Shown here: piece by piece, positions 19,456 to 29,200 of the stretch | Layout: every line of letters starts with the position of its first letter | How positions within the stretch are numbered: the stretch's first letter is position 1 | From: Acidothermus cellulolyticus 11B | GTDB lineage: Bacteria > Actinomycetota > Actinomycetes > Acidothermales > Acidothermaceae | Assembly (NCBI RefSeq): GCF_000015025.1 | Contig: NC_008578.1 | Span: 750,001 to 782,000 of the forward strand | DNA length: 32,000 nt | Direction of reading: 5' to 3' | Notes under the pieces: model-generated | What the model was told of the DNA's origin: nothing | Databases searched by the model: none | What the model saw: only the letters and a program-made list of their open reading frames with translations | Made by a program: the position numbers and the translations under genes

Positions 19456-19536
19456 CGGTCCGGTCGGGTGAGCCCGGACGCAATCGAGCCGTCCGCCGCG
19501 GCGGTTCGGCCGCCGGTGCGACGGTCCCGTTGGGTG
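19435..19536. repeat. 36-nt direct repeat at 66-bp spacing that re-copies the 3' end and stop of the 654-aa CDS
   Basis: 19435-19470 (GCGGTTCCACCGCCGGTGTGACGGTCCGGTCGGGTG) and 19501-19536 (GCGGTTCGGCCGCCGGTGCGACGGTCCCGTTGGGTG) match at 31 of 36 positions. TGA is CGA in the second copy. Confidence 0.6.
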
Positions 19537-19567
19537 CAGACGAGTTCTTGGCGCGTAAAGTGTGTCG

Positions 19568-19597
19568 CGCGCCGACACGTGCCGCGCCGACCCGTGC
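19568..19597. repeat. 15-bp tandem repeat x2 upstream of ilvD
   Basis: CGCGCCGACACGTGC and CGCGCCGACCCGTGC match at 14 of 15 positions. Confidence 0.7.
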
Positions 19598-19633
19598 CGG
19601 ACGACGAATGACGGAGCAAGGGAAGAGGAATCG

Positions 19634-21310
19634 ATGCGCGCTCAGCCCGATCTCAAACCGCGCAGCCGTGACGTCACCGATGGGCTGGAGCGGGCCGCGG
19701 CCCGCGGCATGCTCCGCGCCGTCGGAATGACCGATGCGGACTGGGAGAAACCCCAGATCGGAGTGGCGAGTTCCTGGAACGAGATAACGCCCTGCAACCT
19801 CTCCCTCGACCGGCTCGCGCAGGCGGCCAAGGAGGGCGTGCACGCCGCCGGCGGGTATCCGCTGGAGTTCGCCACCATCTCGGTTTCCGACGGCATCTCC
19901 ATGGGCCATGAGGGAATGCATTTCTCGCTGATTTCCCGCGAAGTCATCGCCGATTCCGTCGAAACCGTCTTCATGGCTGAGCGCTTCGACGGCGCCGTCC
20001 TGCTTGCCGGTTGCGACAAGTCCGAACCCGGCATGCTGATGGCGGCCGCCCGGCTTGACCTGGCAGCGGTTTTCCTCTATGCCGGCAGCACGTTGCCGGG
20101 GAAACTCGGGGACCGGGACATCAACATCGTCGATGCGTTCGAGGCTGTCGGCGGTTGCCTTCGCGGCCTGGTGAGCCGGGAAGAGGTCGACGCCATCGAA
20201 CGGAATTTCTGTCCGGTCGAAGGGGCCTGCGCGGGCATGTTCACCGCCAACACGATGGCCAGCGCGGCGGAAGCGCTCGGCATGTCATTGCCCGGTTCGG
20301 CCTCGCCGCCCGCGCCGGACCGCCGGCGCGACGGTTTCGCCCGGGCCTCCGGGGAGGCAGTCGTCAACCTGCTCCGCCGCGGCATCACCGCCCGGGACAT
20401 CATGACCCGGGAGGCATTCGAGAACGCGATCGCTGTCGTGATGGCCCTGGGCGGCTCCACCAACGCCGTGCTCCATCTGCTCGCGATCGCCCGCGAGGCG
20501 AACGTCGACCTCGCCATCGACGATTTCAACCGGATCGGGGACCGGGTCCCGCACTTGGCGGATGTCAAGCCGTTCGGCCGGTACGTGATGAGTGACGTCG
20601 ACCGGGTCGGCGGCGTGCCCGTGGTGATGAAAGCGCTGCTGGACGCCGGGCTGCTGCACGGCGACTGCCTGACGGTGACCGGCAAGACGGTGGCGGAGAA
20701 CCTCGCGGACATCACCCCGCCGGACCCCGACGGCAAGGTGATTCACGCGCTCACCCAACCGATCCACCGCACCGGCGGGCTGGCCATTCTCCGCGGTTCG
20801 CTCGCCCCGGACGGCGCGGTGGTGAAGACCGCCGGGCTGGAGTCGACGTTCTTCGAAGGCACCGCCCGGGTGTTCGACGGCGAGGAGGCGGCCATGCGCG
20901 CCGTGCCCGAGCTGCGTCCGGGAGATGTCGTTGTCATCCGGTACGAGGGGCCGAAAGGCGGCCCAGGGATGCGGGAGATGCTCGCGGTCACCGGCGCCAT
21001 CAAGGGCGCGGGCCTCGGCAAGGATGTGCTCCTCGTCACCGACGGCCGGTTCTCCGGCGGTACCACGGGTTTCTGTGTCGCTCACGTTGCTCCGGAGGCG
21101 GTGGACGGGGGACCGATCGCGTTCGTCCGGGACGGTGACCGCATCCGGCTGGACGCGCAGGCCCGTACCCTCGACCTGCTGGTGGACGCCGATGAGCTGG
21201 CCAAACGACGGGCCGACTGGCAACCGCCGCCGCCGCGGTACACCACCGGAGTCGCGGCCAAGTACGTCAAGCTGGTTGGCAGCGCCTCCGAGGGTGCGAT
21301 CTGTCGGTGA
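19634..21310 (+). CDS. ilvD: Dihydroxy-acid dehydratase
   Basis: 558 aa from ATG 19634 (GGAAGAGGAA upstream). Motifs [26 protein letters not shown] and [14 protein letters not shown]. Confidence 0.95.
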   Translation: MRAQPDLKPRSRDVTDGLERAAARGMLRAVGMTDADWEKPQIGVASSWNEITPCNLSLDRLAQAAKEGVHAAGGYPLEFATISVSDGISMGHEGMHFSLISREVIADSVETVFMAERFDGAVLLAGCDKSEPGMLMAAARLDLAAVFLYAGSTLPGKLGDRDINIVDAFEAVGGCLRGLVSREEVDAIERNFCPVEGACAGMFTANTMASAAEALGMSLPGSASPPAPDRRRDGFARASGEAVVNLLRRGITARDIMTREAFENAIAVVMALGGSTNAVLHLLAIAREANVDLAIDDFNRIGDRVPHLADVKPFGRYVMSDVDRVGGVPVVMKALLDAGLLHGDCLTVTGKTVAENLADITPPDPDGKVIHALTQPIHRTGGLAILRGSLAPDGAVVKTAGLESTFFEGTARVFDGEEAAMRAVPELRPGDVVVIRYEGPKGGPGMREMLAVTGAIKGAGLGKDVLLVTDGRFSGGTTGFCVAHVAPEAVDGGPIAFVRDGDRIRLDAQARTLDLLVDADELAKRRADWQPPPPRYTTGVAAKYVKLVGSASEGAICR

Positions 21311-21353
21311 GCGGTGCCGGTGCGGGTGTCCCGATCGTCCATCAGCCGTGGAA

Positions 21354-21383
21354 TTGACAACTGCGGCATGGATCCGGCATCCT
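21354..21383 (+). promoter_or_regulatory. Candidate promoter for the ilvB leader
   Basis: -35 TTGACA (21354-21359), an 18-bp spacer, then a -10-like CATCCT (21378-21383). The predicted start site falls about 7 nt downstream, at the GTG of the leader ORF. Confidence 0.35.
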
Positions 21384-21389
21384 TGGCCC

Positions 21390-21431
21390 GTGCGTTTTAT
21401 CGCGCTCGTACTCCGTGGGCGCGCTGGCTGA
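21390..21431 (+). CDS. Candidate ilvB leader peptide fM-R-F-I-A-L-V-L-R-G-R-A-G
   Basis: A 13-codon ORF (GTG 21390 to TGA 21429-21431) with consecutive Ile-Ala-Leu-Val-Leu codons, lying 22 nt upstream of a terminator hairpin and 88 nt upstream of ilvB. No Shine-Dalgarno sequence is visible, which fits leaderless translation. Confidence 0.55.
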   Translation: MRFIALVLRGRAG

Positions 21432-21453
21432 CCGACGGTCACCTGGCGCGCAA

Positions 21454-21484
21454 CCCCTCCGTGCTGCGGCACGAGGGGTTTTTT
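21454..21484 (+). terminator. Intrinsic terminator / attenuator in the ilvB leader
   Basis: CCCCTC(C)GTGC-TGCG-GCACGAGGGG followed by TTTTTT (21479-21484), 35 nt before the ilvB ATG. Confidence 0.75.
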
Positions 21485-21518
21485 GTTACTCCGCAAGCAG
21501 CTGTCGAGAGAGGTAGCG

Positions 21519-23264
21519 ATGAGTGAGCAGATGACCGGGGCGCAGGCGTTGGTGCGCGCCTTGGAGCTGGCCGGCGCCGAGGTGGCGTTCGGCATTCCGG
21601 GTGGGGCGATCCTCCCGGCGTACGATCCCCTCTTCGATTCGACCAAGCTGCGTCACGTACTCGTCCGCCACGAACAGGGCGCGGGTCACGCCGCCGAGGG
21701 GTACGCCCTGGCGACGGGCAAGGTCGGTGTGTGCATCGCCACCTCGGGGCCCGGGGCGACCAACCTGGTGACCCCGATCTCCAACGCGTACATGGACTCC
21801 ACCCCAATCGTTGCGATCACCGGTCAGGTGCCGTCGACGCTCATCGGGTCGGACGCGTTCCAGGAGGCGGACATCCGCGGCATCACGATGCCGATCACCA
21901 AGCACAACTACCTCGTGACCCGGGCCGAGGACATCGCCCGCACGATCGCCGAAGCGTTCTACATTGCCTCGACGGGCCGACCGGGTCCGGTGCTCGTTGA
22001 CATCGCCAAGGACGCCCTGCAGGCCACGACCACCTTCGAATTTCCCAAGAAAATCGACTTGCCCGGATACCGCCCGGTCACCAAGCCGCACGCCAAGCAA
22101 ATCCGCGAGGCGGCACGGCTCATCGCCACGGCGACCCGACCGGTCTTCTACATCGGCGGCGGTGTGCTGGCCGCCCGAGCCAGCGCGGAGCTCTTCACCT
22201 TGGTGGAATTGACCGGCATTCCGGTCGTCACCACGCTGATGGCGCGCGGCGCATTTCCGGACAGCCACTACCAGCATCTCGGCATGCCCGGCATGCACGG
22301 CACCGTCGCCGCGGTGGGGGCGCTGCAACGCGCCGACCTGCTCATCGCCATTGGCACCCGCTTCGACGACCGGGTGACCGGCAAACTGAGCTCGTTCGCA
22401 CCGAACGCCACGGTGATTCACGCCGATATCGACCCCGCTGAGATTTCGAAGAACCGGGTCGCCGACGTGCCGATCGTCGGTGACGCCCGCGAAGTGATCA
22501 TTGAGTTGACCGCGGCGGTGCAGGCGGAATTCGCCGCTGGACGGCGGGCCGATTTGACCGGCTGGTGGCGTCAGCTGGATGCGTGGCGCAAGACGTATCC
22601 GCTCGGATACGAACCGCCCGCTGACGGCAGCCTCGCCCCGCAGTACGTCGTGCAGCGGCTCGGCGCGATCGCCGGCCCGGACGCGATTTACGTCGCCGGC
22701 GTCGGTCAGCACCAGATGTGGGCGGCGCATTACCTCCCGCACGAAAAGCCGCGGACCTGGCTCAATTCCGGCGGCGCGGGCACGATGGGCTTCGCCATTC
22801 CCGCGGCAATGGGGGCGAAATTCGGCCGGCCGGACGCCACCGTCTGGGCGGTGGACGGCGACGGGTGCTTCCAGATGACCAATCAGGAGCTGGTGACCTG
22901 CGCCCTCGAAGGCGCCCCCATCAAAGTGGCGGTCATCAACAACGAGGCGCTCGGCATGGTCCGCCAGTGGCAGACCCTGTTCTACAACGAGCGGTACTCG
23001 CACACGGACCTGCATTCCCGGCGGGTGCCCGATTTCGTGAAGCTCGCGGAGGCGATGGGGTGCGTCGGGCTGCGCTGTGAGAAGGAGGAGGACGTCGACG
23101 CGGTCATTGAGAAGGCGATGAGCATCAACGATGTGCCCGTCGTCATCGACTTCGTCGTCCACAAGGACGCCATGGTCTGGCCGATGGTGCCCGCAGGGAC
23201 CAGCAACGATGACATCAAGGTGGCGCGAGACCTCGCGCCCGACTGGGAGAGCGAGGTGCTCTGA
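21519..23264 (+). CDS. ilvB: Acetolactate synthase (acetohydroxyacid synthase) large subunit
   Basis: 581 aa from ATG 21519 (GAGAGAGG 5 nt upstream). Motifs [23 protein letters not shown] and TPP motif [16 protein letters not shown]...[13 protein letters not shown]. Confidence 0.95.
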   Translation: MSEQMTGAQALVRALELAGAEVAFGIPGGAILPAYDPLFDSTKLRHVLVRHEQGAGHAAEGYALATGKVGVCIATSGPGATNLVTPISNAYMDSTPIVAITGQVPSTLIGSDAFQEADIRGITMPITKHNYLVTRAEDIARTIAEAFYIASTGRPGPVLVDIAKDALQATTTFEFPKKIDLPGYRPVTKPHAKQIREAARLIATATRPVFYIGGGVLAARASAELFTLVELTGIPVVTTLMARGAFPDSHYQHLGMPGMHGTVAAVGALQRADLLIAIGTRFDDRVTGKLSSFAPNATVIHADIDPAEISKNRVADVPIVGDAREVIIELTAAVQAEFAAGRRADLTGWWRQLDAWRKTYPLGYEPPADGSLAPQYVVQRLGAIAGPDAIYVAGVGQHQMWAAHYLPHEKPRTWLNSGGAGTMGFAIPAAMGAKFGRPDATVWAVDGDGCFQMTNQELVTCALEGAPIKVAVINNEALGMVRQWQTLFYNERYSHTDLHSRRVPDFVKLAEAMGCVGLRCEKEEDVDAVIEKAMSINDVPVVIDFVVHKDAMVWPMVPAGTSNDDIKVARDLAPDWESEVL

Positions 23265-23267
23265 GAC

Positions 23268-23792
23268 ATGTCCCGCCACACATTGTCGGTGCTCGTCGAG
23301 AACAAGCCGGGCGTGCTGGCCCGGATCGCCGGGCTCTTCGCCCGCCGGGGCTTCAACATTGAGTCCCTCGCGGTCGGCCCGACGGAGCACCCGGAGCTCT
23401 CCCGGATGACGATTGTCGTCAACGTTGAGGAGCATCCGCTCGAGCAGGTGACCAAGCAGCTCAACAAGCTCGTCAACGTCATCAAAATCGTGGAATTGGA
23501 GCCGGAGAACTCCGTCAACCGGGAGTTGCTCCTGGTCAAGGTGAAAGCCGACCAGCAGAGCCGGTCCCAGGTCCTCGAACTGGCCGAAACGTTCCGGGCG
23601 CACGTCGTCGACGTCGCTCTTGACGCCCTCACCCTCGAGGTGACCGGAAGCGCGGAGAAACTGGATGCCCTGCTCCGGGTGCTCGAACCGTTCGGCATCA
23701 AAGAGCTGGTGCAATCCGGGATGGTCGCGCTTGCCCGCGGCGGGCGATCGATCACCGACCGGGCATTGCGGGCCGTCGACCGGATCGCCTAG
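23268..23792 (+). CDS. ilvN: Acetolactate synthase small (regulatory) subunit
   Basis: 174 aa, starting 3 nt after the ilvB stop. ACT domain HTLSVLVENKPGVLARIAGLFARRGFNIESLAV. Confidence 0.95.
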   Translation: MSRHTLSVLVENKPGVLARIAGLFARRGFNIESLAVGPTEHPELSRMTIVVNVEEHPLEQVTKQLNKLVNVIKIVELEPENSVNRELLLVKVKADQQSRSQVLELAETFRAHVVDVALDALTLEVTGSAEKLDALLRVLEPFGIKELVQSGMVALARGGRSITDRALRAVDRIA

Positions 23793-23880
23793 CCGGCGGC
23801 GGGCCGAGGTAACGTCACGGATGTTTCCGGCCGGCCGCGGCCTCCCGTGCCGGGCGTGAGGACACCGGTGGAATCACCGG

Positions 23881-23925
23881 GCGAACGAACCGAAACCAGC
23901 GAACGAGCGAACGAACCGAGACGAC
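23881..23925 (+). repeat. C/A-rich (G)CGAAC repeat tract in the ilvC 5' leader
   Basis: GCGAACGAACCGA occurs at 23881-23893 and again at 23907-23919, with GCGAACGA at 23899-23906. The tract is preceded by the hairpin CCGGTG-GAAT-CACCGG (23865-23880) and followed by the RBS AAGGAG (23926-23931). Confidence 0.55.
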
Positions 23926-23936
23926 AAGGAGTCGAA

Positions 23937-24935
<999 letters not shown>

Positions 24936-24940
24936 TCGCG

Positions 24941-24986
24941 ACGGGCCGGGGTGGGCCCCGATCGGGGTTGCCCGCCGCCGGCCCGT
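24941..24986 (+). terminator. Nested GC-rich stem-loop after ilvC (no T tract)
   Basis: The outer arms ACGGGCCGG (24941-24949) and CCGGCCCGT (24978-24986) pair perfectly over 9 bp. They enclose the palindrome CCCCGATCGGGG (24956-24967). Confidence 0.4.
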
Positions 24987-25134
24987 TACGCTGAAATCCT
25001 TGCGGCGCGCTACAGCGTGGTGGCGGGCGCCGATGATCATTTAGGCTCGCACCCGGTCAGTCCGTCGCGGCTTGCCGGGTGCTCGTCGTGACGCGAGGAC
25101 CGCGAGGGTCTCGCGCCGGAGGTCCAGCCCAGCC

Positions 25135-26727
25135 ATGAGCAAACCCGTTGTCCTCATCGCCGAAGAACTCTCCCGTGCCGGTATCGACTTGCTGAGCGGT
25201 GATTTCGACGTCCGCGAGGTCGACGGCACCGACCGGGCCGCCCTGCTCGCCGCCCTGCCCGAGGCCGATGCAGTCATCGTGCGCAGCGCCACCAAGGTGG
25301 ACGCCGAAGCGATCGCGGCAGCCCGCAAGCTGAAGGTGATCGCACGCGCCGGCGTCGGCCTTGACAACATCGACGTCAAAGCCGCGACCAACGCCGGTGT
25401 GATGGTGGTCAACGCGCCGCAATCGAATATCGTCAGCGCCGCGGAGCATGCGATCGGATTGCTGCTTGCCGTCGCCCGGCGCATTCCCCTCGCCAACGCA
25501 TCGCTGAAGGGCGGGGAGTGGAAGCGGTCCAAGTTCGTCGGTGTGGAAATTCTCGACAAGACCGTCGGCATCATCGGCTTCGGCAAAATTGGTCAGCTCG
25601 TGGCGCAGCGGCTCGGCGCCTTCGGCACTCATCTCATTGCGTACGATCCGTACGTTCCGCCGGCGCGGGCCGCACAGTACGGCGTCCGATTGGTCACCCT
25701 CGAGGAATTGCTCCGGGAGAGCGACATCATCACGGTCCACTTGCCGAAGACCCCAGAGACCGTCGGGATTCTCGGCGAGCGGGAATTGGCGATGGTCAAG
25801 CCCGGAGTCATCATCATCAACGCCGCCCGCGGCGGCCTGGTCGACGAAGACGCACTGGCGATCGCGCTCAAGGAAGGGCGCGTCGGCGGCGTCGGCCTGG
25901 ACGTCTTCGCCACCGAACCGACAACCGCGAGCCCGCTCTTTGAGTTTCCCAACGTCGTCGTCACCCCGCATCTCGGCGCGAGCACGCATGAGGCGCAGGA
26001 GAAGGCCGGGACCGCGGTGGCGAAATCCGTCCGGCTCGCACTCAAGGGCGAATTCGTTCCGGACGCGGTCAATGTGCAAGGCGGCCCGATCGCCGAGGAC
26101 GTGCGGCCCGGTCTGCCGCTCGCGGAGAAACTCGGCCGGGTCTTCACCGCCCTTGCCGGCGGTCTGGCGAGCCGGATCGAGGTGGAGGTCCGCGGCGAGA
26201 TTGCGCAGTACGACGTCAAGGTGCTGCAGCTCGCCGTGCTCAAGGGCGTCTTCATGGACATCGTGGAGAAGACGGTGACGTACGTGAACGCACCGCTGTT
26301 CGCCCAGGACCGCGGGGTCGAGGCGACGCTCGTGACCGAGGACGAAAGCCCGGACTTCCGCAACCTCATCACGGTCCGCGGCACGCTGCCGACCGGACAG
26401 CAATTGTCCGTCGCCGGCACGCTTGCCGGGACGAAACAGGTGGAGAAGCTGGTGAAGATTGACGACTTTGACGTCGACCTGACGTTGTCGGAGCATCTCG
26501 GTTTCTTCCGGTACGAGGACCGTCCAGGGATCGTCGGTATTCTCGGCCGGATTCTCGGCGAGCACGGCATCAATATCGCCGGCATGCAGGTGGCCCGGGA
26601 CGTGAAAGGCGGGCATGCGCTCATCGCCCTCACTGTGGACTCGGCCATTCCGGACACGGTCGTCGAGACGGTGGTCCGCGAAATCGGCGCCTCCTCCGGC
26701 CGGGCCGTCGACCTCGTCGAGCTGTGA
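25135..26727 (+). CDS. serA: D-3-phosphoglycerate dehydrogenase (long form with C-terminal ASB/ACT domains)
   Basis: 530 aa from ATG 25135. Motifs [28 protein letters not shown] and [10 protein letters not shown], with an ACT-like C-terminus. Confidence 0.95.
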   Translation: MSKPVVLIAEELSRAGIDLLSGDFDVREVDGTDRAALLAALPEADAVIVRSATKVDAEAIAAARKLKVIARAGVGLDNIDVKAATNAGVMVVNAPQSNIVSAAEHAIGLLLAVARRIPLANASLKGGEWKRSKFVGVEILDKTVGIIGFGKIGQLVAQRLGAFGTHLIAYDPYVPPARAAQYGVRLVTLEELLRESDIITVHLPKTPETVGILGERELAMVKPGVIIINAARGGLVDEDALAIALKEGRVGGVGLDVFATEPTTASPLFEFPNVVVTPHLGASTHEAQEKAGTAVAKSVRLALKGEFVPDAVNVQGGPIAEDVRPGLPLAEKLGRVFTALAGGLASRIEVEVRGEIAQYDVKVLQLAVLKGVFMDIVEKTVTYVNAPLFAQDRGVEATLVTEDESPDFRNLITVRGTLPTGQQLSVAGTLAGTKQVEKLVKIDDFDVDLTLSEHLGFFRYEDRPGIVGILGRILGEHGINIAGMQVARDVKGGHALIALTVDSAIPDTVVETVVREIGASSGRAVDLVEL

Positions 26728-26747
26728 CGCGCGGCCAGGGTGCGGTC

Positions 26748-27794
26748 ATGACGATCCGGCTGGCGGTCATCCCCGGCGACGGCATCGGGCCGGAGGTGGT
26801 GACCGAAGGACTGAAAGTGCTCGACGCGGTCTCCGCCCGATTCTCGTTGCAGATCGAGCGGACCGAGTACGACCTTGGCGCGCGGCGGTGGCATGCAACC
26901 GGGGAGACCTTGCCGGACACCGTGCTTGACGAATTGCGCGCCCATGACGCGATCCTCCTCGGCGCGGTCGGCGACCCGAGCGTGCCGAGCGGTGTGCTGG
27001 AACGCGGTCTGCTCCTGCGCCTGCGCTTCGAACTCGACCACTACGTCAACCTCCGCCCGGTCAAGCTGTTTCCCGGTGTGCGCTCGCCGCTTGCCGACAT
27101 CAAGCCGGAGCAGGTCGATTTCCTCGTGGTGCGGGAGGGCACCGAGGGTGCCTACGCCGGCTCGGGTGGTTTCCTCAGGCGCGGGACGCCGCAGGAAATC
27201 GCCACTGAAGAGAGCGTGAATACCGCATTTGGGGTCGCGCGGGTGGTCCGCGACGCGTTCACCCGTGCGGCGGGCCGGCCGCGGCGGAAACTCACCGTCG
27301 TCCACAAGAACAACGTGCTGGTGCACGCCGGAGATTTGTGGGCCCGGACGGTCCGCGAGGTAGCCGCCGAATTTCCCGGCGTCAGCGTCGATTATTGTCA
27401 CGTTGACGCGGCGACGATTTATTTCGTGACCGACCCAGGACGTTTCGACGTCATTGTCACTGACAATTTGTTCGGCGATATTCTCACCGATCTCGGTGCG
27501 GCGATTGCGGGCGGCATCGGGCTTGCGGCCAGCGGAAATATCAATCCGCAACGGACGACCCCGAGCATGTTCGAGCCGGTGCACGGCAGCGCGCCCGATA
27601 TCGCCGGCCGGGGTCTCGCCGATCCGACGGCGACGATCCTCTCCGTGGCGATGCTCCTGGACCATCTGGGATATCGGGAAGCCTCCCAGGCCGTTGAGGC
27701 CGCCGTCGCCGAGGATCTGCTGGAGCGTTCGACGGCCGGGCGGCGGACGACGGCGCACATCGGCGATGCCATTGCGGCGAAAATCGTGGGCTGA
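26748..27794 (+). CDS. leuB: 3-isopropylmalate dehydrogenase
   Basis: 348 aa from ATG 26748. Motifs [13 protein letters not shown] and [24 protein letters not shown]. Confidence 0.95.
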   Translation: MTIRLAVIPGDGIGPEVVTEGLKVLDAVSARFSLQIERTEYDLGARRWHATGETLPDTVLDELRAHDAILLGAVGDPSVPSGVLERGLLLRLRFELDHYVNLRPVKLFPGVRSPLADIKPEQVDFLVVREGTEGAYAGSGGFLRRGTPQEIATEESVNTAFGVARVVRDAFTRAAGRPRRKLTVVHKNNVLVHAGDLWARTVREVAAEFPGVSVDYCHVDAATIYFVTDPGRFDVIVTDNLFGDILTDLGAAIAGGIGLAASGNINPQRTTPSMFEPVHGSAPDIAGRGLADPTATILSVAMLLDHLGYREASQAVEAAVAEDLLERSTAGRRTTAHIGDAIAAKIVG

Positions 27795-27843
27795 CCGGGC
27801 TGCTCCGGGTAGGGTGATCGAAGACGCTGACAAGGACGGAGCA

Positions 27844-28929
27844 ATGACCATCGAATTCACCCGTGAGCTCAATCCGAACCCGGTGCCGGACGGCGAACGA
27901 GCCCGGTTGCTCGCGGATCCCGGTTTCGGGCGGGTTTTCACCGACCACATGGTGACCATTACCTGGACCGCGGACCGCGGCTGGCATGACGCCCGGCTCC
28001 GGCCGTACGCGCCGCTTGCCCTCGACCCGGCGACCGCGGTTTTCCATTACGGACAGGCCATCTTCGAGGGTTTCAAGGCCTACGCCCAGCCGGACGGCAG
28101 CATCAAGACCTTCCGGCCCGACGCCAACGCCCGCCGCTTCCAGAAATCCGCGCAGCGGATGGCCTTGCCCGAGCTGCCGGTGGACGACTTCGTCGCCGCG
28201 ACCGACCTGCTGATCAGCACCGACCGGGCGTGGGTGCCCCGGGACGGGGAGAAGTCGCTGTACGTCCGGCCGTTCATGATGGCGACGGAAGTCTTCCTCG
28301 GGGTCCGTCCAGCCACGCACGTCACCTTCGCGGTCATCGCCTCACCGGCGGCCAGCTACTTCAGCGGCGGACTGCACCCGGTCTCGATCTGGCTCTCCGA
28401 GGAGTACACCCGCGCTGCTCCCGGCGGCACAGGGGCGGCGAAGTGCTCGGGCAATTACGCGGCCAGCCTCATCGCCCAGCAGCAGGCGCTGGCGCACGGT
28501 TGCGAACAGGTGGTCTTTCTGGACGCCGTCGAGCGCCGGTGGGTGGAGGAGCTCGGCGGCATGAACATTTACTTCGTCTTCGACGACGGCACCCTCGTCA
28601 CCCCGCCGACGTCCGGGACGATTCTCGAAGGGGTTACCCGGGACGCCCTGCTGACGTTGGCCCGGGAGCGCGGGCACGCGGTCGACGTTCGGCCCATCGA
28701 CATTCAGCAGTGGCGGGACGGCGTGGCAAGCGGGCGCATCACCGAAGTCTTCGCGTGCGGCACCGCCGCGGTGATCACTGCGATCGGCCGGCTGGTCTGG
28801 CAGGGCGGTGAATTGACCATTGGTGACGGCGGCATCGGCAAGGTCGCCCAGGAGCTGCGTGACGCACTGCTCGCCATCCAGTACGGGCGGACGCCGGACA
28901 CCCACGGCTGGATGCACCTGGTCTGCTAG
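27844..28929 (+). CDS. ilvE: Branched-chain amino acid aminotransferase
   Basis: 361 aa from ATG 27844 (AAGGACGGAG upstream). Class IV aminotransferase pattern FTDHMVTITW...HYGQAIFEGFKAY...GTGAAKCSGNYAASL. Confidence 0.95.
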   Translation: MTIEFTRELNPNPVPDGERARLLADPGFGRVFTDHMVTITWTADRGWHDARLRPYAPLALDPATAVFHYGQAIFEGFKAYAQPDGSIKTFRPDANARRFQKSAQRMALPELPVDDFVAATDLLISTDRAWVPRDGEKSLYVRPFMMATEVFLGVRPATHVTFAVIASPAASYFSGGLHPVSIWLSEEYTRAAPGGTGAAKCSGNYAASLIAQQQALAHGCEQVVFLDAVERRWVEELGGMNIYFVFDDGTLVTPPTSGTILEGVTRDALLTLARERGHAVDVRPIDIQQWRDGVASGRITEVFACGTAAVITAIGRLVWQGGELTIGDGGIGKVAQELRDALLAIQYGRTPDTHGWMHLVC

Positions 28930-29071
28930 CGGCCCGCCCGGGGTGCGGCGCACCGCCCGATGCCAGCTCACGGCCACCCGACCTGCTAGCGGCCCGCCCA
29001 GGGGTGTGGCGCACCGCACGATGCCAGCTCACGGCCACCCGACCTGCTAGCGGCCCGCCCAGGGGTGTGGC
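28923..29071. repeat. 60/61-bp tandem repeat, about 2.5 copies, starting inside the last two codons of ilvE
   Basis: The unit is CTGCTAGCGGCCCGCCC(A)GGGGTG(C/T)GGCGCACCGC(C/A)CGATGCCAGCTCACGGCCACCCGAC. Copies start at 28923, 28983 and 29044, and the third breaks off at 29071. Each unit end (CACGGCCACCCGACCTGCTAG) resembles the ilvE terminus (CACGGCTGGATGCACCTGGTCTGCTAG). Confidence 0.85.
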
Positions 29072-29082
29072 AGACTGTCCCC

Positions 29083-29109
29083 GTGCGCAGTGCACGGATT
29101 ATCACCTAG
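29083..29109 (+). CDS. Candidate cimA leader peptide fM-R-S-A-R-I-I-T
   Basis: An 8-codon ORF from GTG 29083 to TAG 29107-29109, with the tandem Ile codons ATT ATC followed by Thr. Its start context CCCGTGCG is identical to that of the ilvB leader. It sits 6 nt after a -10-like CAGACT (29071-29076). Confidence 0.4.
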   Translation: MRSARIIT

Positions 29110-29136
29110 GCGCGTCGGTCGGTTGACCCACGCGCC
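29109..29136 (+). promoter_or_regulatory. Strong hairpin immediately after the candidate leader stop
   Basis: GGCGCGT C GGTC-GGTT-GACC C ACGCGCC forms 11 bp with one C-C mismatch. The first base of the hairpin is the last base of the TAG stop. Confidence 0.45.
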
Positions 29137-29139
29137 TGA

Positions 29140-29165
29140 CCTCTCGCGATCGCGAGGGGTTTTTT
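29140..29165 (+). terminator. Intrinsic terminator / attenuator upstream of cimA
   Basis: CCTCTCGC-GATC-GCGAGGGG followed by TTTTTT (29160-29165), 35 nt before the cimA ATG. The 3' half CGAGGGGTTTTTTGTTA is identical to the ilvB attenuator. Confidence 0.75.
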
Positions 29166-29200
29166 GTTATGGCGACACGGCGGACACCGAGGAGAAGACC

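Noticed and set aside
17923-19578. 551-aa - strand ORF opposite the 654-aa hypothetical gene
   Set aside because: It has Arg/Gly/Pro-rich composition. The + frame has the GC3 pattern, a clean TM helix and balanced composition. Because the + gene has no firm homology, this rejection is less certain than the others.
19562-19633. ilvD start at 19562
   Set aside because: The extension translates the 15-bp tandem repeats. ATG 19634 has a strong RBS and the conserved IlvD N-terminus.
21314-21526. 70-aa ORF spanning the ilvB leader
   Set aside because: It reads through the terminator hairpin and into the ilvB start. It has no branched-chain residue enrichment and no RBS. The 13-codon ORF in another frame fits attenuation much better.
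20285-23714. Long - strand ORFs (453 aa and 742 aa) opposite ilvD and ilvB-ilvN
   Set aside because: Shadow ORFs across unambiguous biosynthetic genes.
25101-25115. Small hairpin CGCGAG-GGT-CTCGCG just upstream of serA
   Set aside because: It has a 6-bp stem with a 3-nt loop and no T tract. Such structures are common by chance in GC-rich DNA, so it is too weak to call.
25057-27959. Long - strand ORFs (519 aa and 776 aa) opposite serA and leuB
   Set aside because: Shadow ORFs with low-complexity composition.
28923-29071. Possible CRISPR array
   Set aside because: The units are directly abutting 60-bp tandem copies with no unique spacers, and no cas genes are in the window.
29090-29200. cimA start at GTG 29090 (591-aa version)
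   Set aside because: It would read through a perfect terminator hairpin and T6 run. ATG 29201 has GAGGAG at ideal spacing and the conserved CimA N-terminus follows.
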